DNA of 64,000 bases, taken from assembly GCA_030390025.1 (NCBI GenBank), contig CM059432.1:120654001-120718000 (forward strand), read 5' to 3'. Below the pieces are notes generated by a model that ran no database searches, was not told the DNA's origin, and saw only the letters and a list, made by a program, of their open reading frames with translations. Within the stretch, counting starts at the first letter, position 1; every line of letters begins with the position of its first letter. Position numbers and translations under genes: made by a program. Below are positions 36,906 to 49,269 of this stretch, piece after piece. This DNA comes from Squalus acanthias. Lineage: Eukaryota.

Positions 36906-38089
36906 CAGAAAAAAAAACCTAGTTGTTCTTGTTGCTATGTCTTCTGTTTTATTCAATCAAAACTTTGTTTCCAGCTCGGGTGTACTTCATAAATTTAAAT
37001 ATCAGACTTTATGTGTATGATTTAACAATCTGTGATCCTGAAATTAATCAAAGGTACTGCTGAAGACTACCAGAAACCATGTGCCAATGAAATAGACAGG
37101 ATACCTCACCAGTGTTTATTTCACTTGTATGGACAAGCATAATAACTCATTTGTTCCTGCAGAACTCTTTGAGTTATCGGTCTTTCATGTTCATAGGGAA
37201 AATGCCATAGCTCATTGTCACCAGGGAGATTCATTTGATTTAGTTTTTAATGTGTCCCAATGTGAAACAGAGCAACTAATTTTTGCACCTTCATTAACTG
37301 CATAATAGAACTAAGCATTACTTTTCTGATTGCAAAGACAACAGAAGTGGATGGGATGAAAATGATTCACTTTATAATACTTACTGTGGTTTCATGAAGG
37401 GTCGTGGAACCATTTTGTGCCCCATATTAGCTAAGTTGAAATAATAAGCATTAATTACTTATTATGAATGATCTTGATGGATTACTGCATTCACTTCTAA
37501 TGTGGTTCAGTTCCATTGTATATCATTTGTGGTACTGGGACTAAAGGAGCTCTTGAGCTTGGGGTGTGCAAATACATGCCGATGATTAATGTCGCTGCTA
37601 ATTATGTCTTATAACCATATAGTAACTTCAGAATGAGTAATAATCAAATATGCCACTGTGCTAACATACACCAATATAACATTGTACATCATTTGGCACA
37701 AATTAAAACTCTGTAGGGGGTGGTGGTTTGTGTCAGCTTCACCGCTGACTTCTGAGCGGTTCAAATCGTTCCCATACCCTTGGTTCTAGACCTTGGACTT
37801 ATTTGGAGGTTGTGACAAAAGGTGCAGCAGACAACTGAGTTTGATGAAAGAACTTCAATCTTTATTAAAAAGGTAAAACACAAATAACAACACTCTTAAC
37901 ACTCTAAAGGTGGGGAACACTTCGGTACAAGCGAGGGAATTGACAGTAGAACAATACTTCACCCCTCCCAACCCCACTTTACTAGCTAAGTTAGGCTTTG
38001 AAGGACCAGGGATAATGCTCACCAATCCTTTGACAGTTGGGCTAAATCGCGGTTTTGGGGTTTGTTGTTCATGGCGGTTAGTGTCTGCC

Positions 38090-41000
38090 ATACTAAAATG
38101 GCAGGGGGTTGGGAACCTGTGCAGGTAAAATAGAGGAAAGGGAAGCAAGGATAGAAGCAAAAGACAGGAAGGAGAAAAGCAAAAGTGGAAGGCAGAGAAA
38201 TCAAAGGTGTAAATCAAACAGCGATACAGTACATAATAATTCTAAAAGGACTAAGAGTGTTAAAAAAACAAGCCTGAAGGCTTTGGGGGAGAAATTCAGT
38301 ATCGGCCCATTTGGGGCGCAATTATCGGCCGGGCGCAAAGATTAGCGCCTGGCGCTAATTATCGCCACCGACTGCAAACTTGACTTTTATCGCCCCTGGA
38401 GGTGATTGGAGCGCTAAATCAGGCGCTTCACACCTGTCTTAAGGCGCAAAGGCCATGGAGCGAGGCGCTACCTCAGAGCGCTGGCGAAGCTCATGTGATG
38501 TCAGTCAGCAATGGAACACACACACAATGGCACCGGCCAGTTCTTAAAGGGGATGGTTGATCTTGCTTTCCATCCATATCCTGTTCATTGCAGCCTTGAA
38601 TCTCGGCCTGGAGAGACCTGCACATCAAATCTGCTGGAAAGAACAATGGAGAGTACCAGAGAAAGAGCTTAGAGTGCAGCCCCCACAATCTCTTCTAAAT
38701 CAATACAAGGAATGGCAAATCAAAATGAACCTGCAAAGTGCTGCTCAGTACCCAAAACTCCTTCACACAGTGTTGAATCTCTCCAGAAGTCTATCTCTCT
38801 CTCTCTCAGAATGCGTGGTTCAAAAATGGCAACAACAATAAATGGCAGGAAGCGGTCGCCTTTAAATAGCGCTCCCCAGTCCCTTCATGACTGCAAAACG
38901 CTCCCCTCAACCTGTCGTTGCTAGCGTCAGGCGGTAAGGCAGGGGGCGCCACTCAATATCTGCTCCGGGACGATACCGGGGCGTTGCGCACTCGACTGAC
39001 GTCACGATCTGCCGGCGCAGGAGATCGTGGTGGTAGTGTTTAGTGCCGCCGCAAAATGTCTAGTTAATTTCGTGAGCGGCGCAAACATTGCCACGCCTGG
39101 GCGCTAGATGCTTTACGCCCCATTAGCGCCCTCTTAAGGCGCTAACGGGAGGCGTGACCAACTGAATTTTTCCCCCTTTGTGTCTTAATGCGAGGAGCAT
39201 TCATAATAAGGTGGATGAATTAGCTGCGCAAATAGATGTAAATAGATATGATATAATTGGGATTACGGAGACATGGCTCCAGGGTGACCAAGGCTGGGAA
39301 TTCAACATCCAGGGGTATTCAATATTCAGGAAGGACAGACAAAAAGGAAAAGGAGGTGGGGTAGCATTGTTGGTTAAAGAGGAGATTAACACAATAGTAA
39401 GGAAGGATATTAGCTCTGATGATTGGGAATCTGTATGGGTAGAGCTGAGAAATACCAAGGGGCAGAAAATGTTAGTGGGAGTTGTATTCAGACCCCCAAA
39501 CAGTAATGCTGAGGTTGGGGATGGCATTAAATGGGAAATTAGAGACTCGTGTAATAAGGGCACAGCAGTTATCATGGGTGACTTTTATCTACATATAGAT
39601 TGGGCTAACCAAATTAGTAACAATACTGTGTAGGAGGAATTCCTAGAGTGTATACGGGATGGTTTCCTGGACCAATATGTCGAGGAACCAACTGGAGATC
39701 AGGGCATTTTAGACTGGGTTTTATGTAATGAGAAAGGATTAATTAGCAATCTTGTTGTGCGAGGCCCCTTGGGGAGGAGCGATCATAATATGATAGAATT
39801 CTTCATTAAGATGGAGAGTGAAGTAGTTGACTCAGAGACTAGGGTCCTGAATTTAAATAAAGGAAACTATGATGGTATGAGGTGCGAGTTGGCTAGGGTG
39901 GATTGGGGAGCATTACTTAAAGGGTTGATGGTGGATAGGCAATGGCAAACATTTAAAGATCGCATGGATGAACTACAGAATTTGTTCATTCCTGTTTGGC
40001 ATAAATATAAAACAAAAAAGGTGACTCAACCGTGGCTAACAAGGGAAATTAAGGATAGCATAAGATCCAAGGAGAGGACATACAAATTGGCCAGAAAAAG
40101 CAGCAAACCTGAGGATTGGGAACAGTTTAGGATTCAGAAAAAGGAGGACAAAGTGATTAATTAAGAGGGGGAAAATAGAATATGAGAGTAAGCTTTCAGG
40201 GAACATAAAAACTGACTGTAAAAGCTTCTATAGATATGAAAAGAGAAAAAGATTGGTGAAGTCAAGCATAGGTCCCTTGCAGTCAGAATCAGGGGAATTT
40301 ATAATGGGGAACAAAGAAATGGCAGACGAATTAAATACATACTTTGGTTCTGTCTTCAGAAAGGAGGACACAAATAAACTCCCAGAGATGTCAGGGAACA
40401 TAGGGTCTAATGAGAGGGAGGAATTGAATGAAATCACTATTTGTCGGGAAATAGTGTTCGGGAAATTGATGGGATTGAAGGCCAATAAAACCCCAGGGCC
40501 TGATAATCTACATCCTAGGGTACTTAAGGAAGTGGCCCTAGAAATAGTAGATGCATTGCTGGTCATCTTTCAAAATTCTATCGACTCTGGAACAGTTCCC
40601 ATGGATTGGAGGGTAGCTAATGTAACCCCACTATTTAAAAAAGGTGGTTGAGAAAAAACAGGGAATTATAAGCCTGACATCGGTAGTGGGCAAAATGCTA
40701 GAGTCCATTATAAAAGATGTAATAGCAGAGCACTTGGAAAACAGTGACAGGATCGGACAAATTCAACATAGATTTACAAAAGGGAAATCATGCCTGACTA
40801 ATCTACTGGAATTTTTTGAGGATGTAACTGGTAGAATAGATAAGGGAGAACCAGTGAATGTGGTGTAGTTGGACTTTCAGAAGGCTTTCGATAAGGTCCC
40901 GCATAAGAGATTAGCGTGCAAAATTAAAGCACATGGGATTGGGGGTGAGGTACTAATATGGATAGTGAACTGGTTGGCAGACAGGAAGCAAAGAGTTAGA

Positions 41001-42061
41001 ATAAACGGGTCTTTTTCTGAGTGGCAGGCAGTGACTAGTGGGGTACCACAGGGATTGCTGCTAGGACCCCAGCTATTCACAATATATATTAATGATCTAG
41101 ACGAGGGAACTAGATGTAATATCTCTAAGTTTGCAGACGACACAAAGCTGGGTGGGCGTGTGTGCTGTGAGAAGGATGCAGAGAAACTCCACTATGATTT
41201 GGACAGGTTGGGTGATTGGGCAGATGCATGGCAGATGTAGTATAATGTGGATAAATGCGAGGTTATCCACTTTGGTGGCAAAAACCGGAAGACAGATTAT
41301 TATCTGAACGGCAATAGATTGGGAAAAGGGGAAGTGCAACGAGATCTGGGAGTCCTTGTGCACCAGTCGCTGAAGGTAAGCATGCAGGTGCAGCAGGCGG
41401 TTAAGAAGGCAAATGGTATGTTGGCCTTCATAGCAAGAGGATTCGAGTACAGGAGCAAGGATGTCTTGCTGCAGTTGTACAGGGCCTTGGTGAGACCACA
41501 CCTTGAGTATTGTGTGCAGTTTTGGTCGCCTTATCTGAGGAAGGATGTTCTTGCCATGGAGGGAGTGCAGCGAAGATTTACCAGACTGATACCTGGGATG
41601 GCAGGAATGACGTATGAAGAGAGATTGGGTCGATTAGGCTTATATTCGCTCGAGTTTCGAAGAATGAGAGGGGATCTCATTGAAACTTATAAAATTCTAA
41701 CAGGACTAGACAGACTAGATGCAGGAAGGATGTTCCCGATGGCCGGGGAGTCCAGAACCAGGGGTCACAGTCCAAGGATAAGGGGTAAGCCATTTAGGAC
41801 TGAGATGAGGAGGAATTTCTTCACCCAGAGAGTGTTGAACCTATGGAATTCTCTACCACAGAAGGCAGTTGAGGCCAATTCATGAAATGTATTCAAGAAG
41901 GAGATAGATATATTTCTTAAGGCTAAAGGGATCAAGGGATATGGGGAGAAAGCAAGGACAGGGTACTGAATTTGGATGATCAGCCATGATCTCATTAAAT
42001 GACAGAGCAGGCTCGAGGGGCCGAATGGCCTACTCCTGCTCCTATCTTCTATGCTTCTATG
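38090..42061 (+). mobile_element. CR1 LINE (ORF1 end plus degenerate ORF2) nested in LTR C
   Basis: CLNARSI...IIGITETWL endonuclease, RT with stops, TTCTATG tail; TSD CTGCC (38085-38089 / 42062-42066). Confidence 0.93.
38285..39176. mobile_element. GC-rich Harbinger-type MITE nested in CR1
   Basis: TIR GGGGGAGAAATTCAG / CTGAATTTTTCCCCC; TSD TTT; removal restores KALCLNARS. Confidence 0.88.
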
Positions 42062-43470
42062 CTGCCCCGTATGCGGTAGAGGACTTCACCTGCGTATCTG
42101 GTCAGTCTTCGCGAGTCCGCTGATGCGGTAGGATGTCGGTTTGGATTTATCTGGTGAGTACCCAATTCTTTTGGTTAGCATTAGGGTTTAGAGTCTTTGG
42201 GAAAATCTTACCCAGGGGTAAGTCAGGAGTAGATTGTAGAGTGGAAACTTTGAGGTTCTTTGGGTTTTCTTCCCTTGAGATGGTCTTTGTTGCTTGCGGT
42301 GGCCTGCTATTACCCGGTCAGTTGGGGGTAATATGCGATTGTTGGTTTTGTGAGGCCTTTGGTTTCCACGATGGTTTTAGGCCTTGTCTAGTGTGTCAGT
42401 CGACCTCGTGGAGCTGTCGGTGGCTTTTCGGCTTGTTGCTCCGGGTGACTGTGTTGGGACCGTTGTTGGAGGTCTGTCGAGGTGGTATCTTCACGAGCTA
42501 GACTCAGGTGTGTCTGAGTGGTGAGCGATGTCGACTCACTTCCAGCTTGACTTGGTCTGTGATGTTGCTCCTTGTCTCCACACTCGACTGTGTGTGTGAT
42601 GCTGATGACCCGCTTGTCTCGACTGTCGAACCGCTTAACAGGCTTTCAATTATACCAAATTGAAGTGGCCTTATCTGCCCGCCAAATCTGCTCAGTTCAT
42701 TGTCTGGTTTTGGCGGGCTCGTTAACGGTAACGACTTTACGAGCGTGTTAATTGGTTTTGAACAGGCCTTTAATCTCACCCATTGAGCATGGCCTTATCT
42801 GCGCGCCAAATCTGCACGGTTCTTTGTCTGATTTTGGCGGGCTAGTTACCAGTAACTGTTCTGTAAGTGTCAAATGGCTTTTGGGATGGCTTGCATCCTG
42901 TCGATCTCCTCGGTTGATTAATGGTGATTGATTTCGTGTTTGGTTTTTCTAGGCTGGACTCGGTCTTTCTATAGAATGGGTCTGAATGGGTTTTATTATG
43001 CATGTTTCTGATGGGCCCTGTAATCGGTTTTGATGGGGCCTGTATTTTGGGTGGGACTGCTCTTTCCCTGGGTTTATTGTTAAAATGTTAATGTCTGCTG
43101 GGGCTTGAGTGAGATCATCCCGATTCCCCAGACAGTGTAATCAACTCCAATATCCAAAACTGCTTTTACAGCGGTCGAACCCACCTCCTTGTCCCTTTAC
43201 AGGCCCAGACATGTTTTTATAATGCCAAAACTTGGTTTTTGGTCGTAAATTCCTTAGGTTAGGCCCAACTGCATTTCACCACCCTGTAATAGTTCCAAAG
43301 TCCTTTTTCCTTAGGTTTTCGGGATCTGTAAATTTTGGAAACCTTACACTCGTAACAGATGGCTTAGCGTACATTTTGTGAGTTTTTAAAATTAATTTGT
43401 TATAATCCATGGTAAACCTTCCTCAACTCAGCAGTGCTCACAAACTTATGGTAATTGAACAAAAAAATTA

Positions 43471-44105
43471 GGGGGGAAAATTGAGTTGCGCCCCCTTTGG
43501 GCCACTAACTTCGTCGGGACGCTACTTTTAGCGCCCCGAAAAAATTAGTACCCCTGCGCCCCAAGAGGAAAGCGGGGTGCGACTGGAAGCGCCCCGTCTC
43601 CCTCTTGGGGCGCTGCGAGGGAATATCGCGGCGCTACGTGCCGCGGTACTGCAGGCCTTCCTCCCCTTCTTAAAGTGGAGGGGTCTAGCACAGCGCGACC
43701 CGGGGCCCAGCTGGGTCACCAGGGATCGGAGTGCCGGCAAACGAGCCCGCCACTCAAGAGGAATGCCGGGATCACAGAGCGCAGCCGGCACTCTGCGGGG
43801 AGGGCTGCTGAGGAGGCCGGGGACGGCAACAGGGGGCAGGTGCTGGCAGGCGGCCAGCAACAAAAATGGCCGCCCGGCACCTCGCCTTTAATTAGCGCCG
43901 CCCCGACCGCAGGTAGGCCCCCCTGACCCCGTTGGACATAGCGTCCGGCGGTAAGTCAGGGGGCGATACTGAAGATCGCGGCCGGGGCACGAGCGGGGCG
44001 CTAACGGTTCTCGCCGCCGCTAACCTCCCGCTGAATTTTGTGGGAGGCGTTCGTGGCATGGTGCCCGGGCGCTAGTTGCTTTGCGCCCCGTTAGCGCCCT
44101 TAAGG
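43471..44105. mobile_element. GC-rich MITE, right end missing
   Basis: Left end GGGGGGAAAATTGAG; GGCGCTAA / TTAGCGCC subterminal motifs as in 38285-39176. Confidence 0.65.
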
Positions 44106-44117
44106 TCCAGATCCACT

Positions 44118-44302
44118 GGGGGTAATTTTGTCTTTGGCCGATAGTGTAAAACGGGCGATATCCATTCAGCCACACATGATACATCTCTCCTGATTTCTAT
44201 TTCTATTGAATCAACGGGAATGAAAATCGGGAGAGCTATATAACGGGCGACTGAATCGATATCGCCCATTCTACACAATCGTCCAAAAGTTAAAATGACC
44301 CC
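44118..44302. mobile_element. Short fold-back MITE
   Basis: GGGGTAATTTT / AAAATGACCCC ends with long imperfect inverted arms (GGGCGATATC...GATATCGCCC). Confidence 0.7.
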
Positions 44303-44439
44303 ATTCTGTTCTAAGGTGTGTAATCAGATAAGGTTTCAGAGTTGGCAAATTAGGAATTGATTCTGTGAGGTTGGTTTTGCCCAATAACCCTAAAATCTAG
44401 TCATGAAAATAGATGCTAGGCTTTGCTCTTATACAGTTA

Positions 44440-45468
44440 AAGAAAATGTTTGCATTTATACGGCATCTTTCGCAACCTCAGGACATGCCAAAGTGCTTCA
44501 CAGCTGCTGAAGTTGCTTTGAAGTGCAGTCACCTTTGTAATATGGTAGCACAGCAGCTAATTTGTAGGCAGCAAGGTCCCACAAACAGCAATGAGATAAA
44601 TGAGCAGATAATAGGGGAGAAATTCACTGTTGCCCCATTCAGGGCGCTAATTTTCTTGGAGCGTAGTTGGCAGCAGGCGGGGCGGAGACTTCAGCAGCGC
44701 TGCACACTGGGCCGTGCAGCTCTGTCGCGTTCAAAGACTCCTTCCCTCCCTTAAAGGGAAGGGCCATCGCTGCAGGCTCTGCAATAGAAAAATTACCTAC
44801 CTGGACCACCAAGGCAGCCGCGATCCCACGTGATCAGCCCGGCACTCAAGCAGAGTGCCGGGCTGATCGAGCGCGGGCAGGAACCCGCGAAAAAAACTAG
44901 AACAGGAAAGGTAAGTTTTTTTTTGACTTACCTCGGCTACCTCGCCTTTAATCATCGCCTCCAAAGCGGTGTTTTCGACCGGCGCTGCTGCAGGGGGCGG
45001 AAGTCAATTTCGGGTCCGGGGCACTACCGGGGCGATGCACATGGCGATGACATCACAATCTCCGGGCAAAGGACATCGGGGTGCAAAACCGTAGCGCCGC
45101 CACAAAGCAAGGCGGGAATCGATGTCAGCGCCGCGCCCGGTCGCAAAGACATTTGTGTCCCGTTAGCCCCGGGCACTAATGGGAGGTGCAAAGACACCCA
45201 ATTTCGCCTCCAATGTGCTTTATTGATGGTGGTTGAAGGATAAATGTTAGCTAGGACACCTCTGCTCATCTTTGATCAGTACTATAGGATCTTTTACATC
45301 CACCGGAGAGGACAGAAAGGATCTCAGTTTAGCATCTTATCTGCCAGACAGCACAGCACAGCACTGGAGTGGCATCTAAGATTATGTGCTCAAGGCCTGG
45401 AGTGAGGCTTGAACCCACAACCTTCTGACTCAGAAATGAGAGTGCTGCAACTGAGCCAAGGCTGACAC
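44440..45468 (-). mobile_element. Old DeuSINE with an uninterrupted tRNA head, split by a MITE
   Basis: SINE tail and core on both sides of the MITE; head (minus) TGGCTCAGTTGCAGCACTCTC...GGGTTCAAGCC. Confidence 0.75.
44613..45211. mobile_element. GC-rich MITE nested in the SINE
   Basis: Ends AGGGGAGAAATT / AATTTCGCCTCC; TSD AAT. Confidence 0.8.
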
Positions 45469-45920
45469 CTTGAATAAGGAAATGCAGGCAACAGACTCTT
45501 AGGCCTAACAATGAAAACCCCGCTGCAAAACACCACAAAATGCAGAAAAGACCCATTACATGATGGGGTGGGGGCAAGGGGGTAATATTGTGCTGTTCTG
45601 GTCCGAGCACAGAGCCTCACTAGATGGGAGTGAGGGTGGTAGAACTGAATCTGCAGTGACTCAGCCCTATCTCCGACCCATGCAGCAGCTCACTGAGGCT
45701 TCATGCCCGAAGCAGAGCCTTGCAAAATTGCCCCAATACACTTTATTTTCTCATCATTGCCTTCTGCATGGTTCAGTATTACAAATGTCCTCCATTTGCT
45801 CTGTGTATCAAAATCACAAGGATGAGCATAAAGGACGCACTTCTGACTTTGCTACAAATAGGGATTGGAGTAAATCCTCCCTCAATGTAGAAAAAATCCT
45901 GTTGTTTTCTCAGAAACCAA

Positions 45921-46401
45921 GGGGGGAATTTTTTTGGCGGGGCCAGCGGGCGCGATCGGTGGCGGGTCGGGTGGGAAAGTGTTTTTTTTTTGACAGCGGG
46001 TCTGGACCCTGCTGTCAACCTGCCACCACGCGCCTTTCCCGAATGTCGGGTCTGTCAATACTGAGCAGACATGGGAGTCAGGGGAGAGCCTGGGTGCAGC
46101 CGTGCACCTCTCTGCAATGCTTGTCAGTGTTTGCAGCACCTCAATGCTGTAGAACACTGACAGCACAACTGTTAAACTAAATTTGCGCATGGTCCCTTCA
46201 AGGAAACTGGCTGATGATGCGTCATCAAATAACATCATCAGACCCGCTTCCTTCAATTGGTCAGCAAACACGCTGGGCGGGCTTAACAAGCCCAATCAGG
46301 GGAAACTCATTTTGGACAGCGGGCTGGAGCCGGCAGTGAGGCCGGGACCCGCCACCAGCGTCGCCCGTCATGAACTCGCCGAAGTTGGTAAAATCCAACC
46401 C
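45921..46401. mobile_element. MITE
   Basis: Ends GGGGGGAATTTT / AAAATCCAACCC; TSD CAA. Confidence 0.6.
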
Positions 46402-46546
46402 CAAGTGTGGGGTAGTTCTCAAAGAGTGAGGGAGGACCCAATTTGAAAAAGTGATAAAACAAACTAGATTGCCATAATATGATTGACTGCTTGGCTTATA
46501 GGCCCAATATAAACAGATGCTGAGAGTCTTATCTGACAAACATTAA

Positions 46547-47346
46547 GGGCTGAATCTTAACTCCCAAATACGGGTGGGTTGGGGTCGGGTCAGAGTTAAA
46601 ATTTAAAAAATCTAACATAGGAACACAAGCCGCCTCCAACTCACCATCTTCCGGTTTTAACAGAGACGGGATGAGGGGCGGATGACCAATCCACTCACAG
46701 GAGGCAAGTTGGTCATTTAAATATTATAATGAGGCTGCGTGCCTTCAATTTAACAGTCATTCTATCGTGACAGCTGGGCTTTCCAGGCCTTGAGAAACCC
46801 GATATATGAAAGGAGGTGAGAAGGGGTGAATCCATGAGATAAGTGCCATTCCAGCACTGCTTGTGGGCCAGGAGGAGCAGGAGTGTTTCCCCCAGGCCCA
46901 ACAAGCTACCCAGTAAATCCCCTCTCCCCAGCGATCGATCTGCTCCCCCTGACCACCAACGGACCCCTTCCTACGATCGGACCCCACCCCCCCCACCGTG
47001 ATTTCTATGCTCATCCCCCACCATCGGATCCCCCCCCGACCATCATTGGACACCCCCCTGCACACGATCGTAACCCCCCTGCGCGATCAGAATCTCGCCC
47101 CCCCCCCCCGATCTCTTCCGCCCCACCACCCCCACTGGACCTACCTGCTCCCAGCCCATCTCGGCTGCGGCCTTGTGCTGCAGGCTTCCCCGCCAACAGG
47201 CCTCCAGCCTGTCAATCAGGAAACACGTTCTTCCAGGTTGCCTGACCTCAAAATAGTCCCCACACCTACCCACCACCCACCACCCACCACCCCCCCCCCT
47301 CCCCCACCCCTGGCAGAGAACATGCCTCCGGCCTAACATCCAGGCC
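46547..47346. mobile_element. MITE, C-rich-core family
   Basis: Collinear with 20753-21850 with the same termini. Confidence 0.8.
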
Positions 47347-47674
47347 AAAATCTCTTACTTATTGTAACTTCAAAGCAGAATTTATAATAATTGCAGGTTT
47401 TTTTCAACTGTCATATTTTGAGAGTTTTTTTTGCAATGAAATTGTGTGCAAACAGATTTTTGCCCTTCAATCTTCTCCAATTCTGTCCTTAAGGTACCAG
47501 CTCTTAATGGGTTGGAATGCATCTTTTATGCTGCATTTATCTTACAGTAATGTACATAGTGTAGCCCTGACTTCAGCACCAGCACTGTAAATTGAACCAG
47601 GAGACCTTACAACCTCTGCAGGCATGGAGAGCGATGAGAAGAATACTTTTTCCCAAAGGTAGCAGGGCAGGAAC

Positions 47675-48000
47675 AGAAAGAAAGAAGAAAGACTTGCATT
47701 TATATAGCGCCTTTCACGACCACCGGACGTCTCAAAGCGTTTTACAGCCGATGGAGTACTTTCTGAAGTGTAGTCACTGTTGTAATGTAGGAAACGCGGC
47801 AGCCAATTTGCGCACAGTAAGCTCCCACAAACAGCAATGTGATAATGACCAGATAATCTGTTTTAGTGATGTTGATTAAGGGATAAATATGAGCCAGGAC
47901 ACTGGGGATAACTCCCCTGCTTATCTTCGAAATATTGTCACGAGACCTTTTACGTCCACCCGAGAGCGAAGACGGGGCCTCAGTTTAACATCTCATCCAA
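47675..48000 (-). mobile_element. DeuSINE 3' part
   Basis: (AAAG)n tail followed by the same body as 3343-3640. Confidence 0.85.
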
Positions 48001-49269
48001 AGCAGCAGCACAGGCAGTTGTCACTGATGTCGCTGCTCAACATTTTTTCTAATCATGGGCAACCTGAACATTCTGCCCCACCTTTTGCCATCCAGTGATA
48101 CGAGTTTCTATTCACTGGCCCGTACGACCTTTGGCAGCCAAAAAGGAAAGTCCATAGGCAGAAGTTAACTTCTGATTCTAACTTCCAAATAACTGCGCTT
48201 ATGAACGCCTGTTTATTTTCATGTTGCTGCCAGTGCTTGGAAGCCACTGACTGGTGTAAACCTGTTGGAAATAGCAGCACTAGGAGTCCCAGCATTTTAT
48301 AGAACGGCTTGATGCAGAAGTGCTCTGTAGTATAAACTCAATATTATAGTCTGAGTTTATTACTGACTGCTAACACTTGGTTTATTTATGTATGGTTGGA
48401 GATTTGAGTTCAAAAATTGGGCGGGGTGGGGGGAGCAAGTTTAACCCGACTCGCTCAGCGGAAACCTGGCGGGTGGGCAGTTACGTTCGCCCTGGCTCTT
48501 ACCTGTCCGAAAGCCGCCATGATCGTAACATCTGCAATTGTAACCCGCTCTCCTGAGCAGGCAGCAAGGACACACGCTCAGAGCCAACATGGTCCTTCTT
48601 TACACATGCATGTTGTGGCCCGATGAGATCATTGAGAGCCGACTGTCATTTTAACTCCGGCCTGAGCGGGGAAGCCACCTGTGCCAACCAACACATTTAC
48701 ATTTAATCAGCTTTACCAATTCCTTAGCCAGGCTCCTCGTGTGGCACTCGTTGGTGTCCCAAGTATATGGGGGAGGGGAATTTCCTCATTGTTTTTAGAA
48801 AATTTGCGCTGCCTAAATGGCACAGGATTTTTTTTATTAGGCAAGACAATTGGGTGGATGTCATTTCTGCCTGATATCCACCATTAAAAACCTGAATTTC
48901 CTTGCACTTTTTGAACTTTCTTACAATCTACTCACTGAGTCTTACTGGCCTCATTTGCATATGTCAGAGTGCGGGTCAATGGTGTAACAGCGAGTTCCCT
49001 AGGTTTGCAATGCTGGCGCACACTGAGTAAATTAATCTGAGATACCTGAGCTGCAGCAGCTGCCAGGATCACCCGGTCAAGGTGGAAATGAAGATTTTGT
49101 GGCGCTGGAGAGTCTGGATAATTTCTACACAGGGGAAACACCTTTTAAAGCCAATTTTTTTGGATTTATCATCAATCATACCTTTCTTTGCTTCTGACTG
49201 CTTCTCACAGAGCCAGCCCACTGACAGATTTTCAGAGCCCCATCCTCATACCACAGTTAGGGCTGCTCA

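Larger units (their letters stand above)
37712..43348 (-). mobile_element. Solo LTR C (~1660 bp without the nested CR1)
   Basis: TGTAGG...CCTTACA termini; flanks ctc/ctc (or actc sharing the terminal A); minus-strand TATAATT (42648-42654) and AATAAA (37861-37866); motifs shared with LTR B. Confidence 0.7.

Noticed and set aside
45400..45468. Possible tRNA gene
   Set aside because: A- and B-box motifs are attached to a DeuSINE body and no complete cloverleaf is evident.
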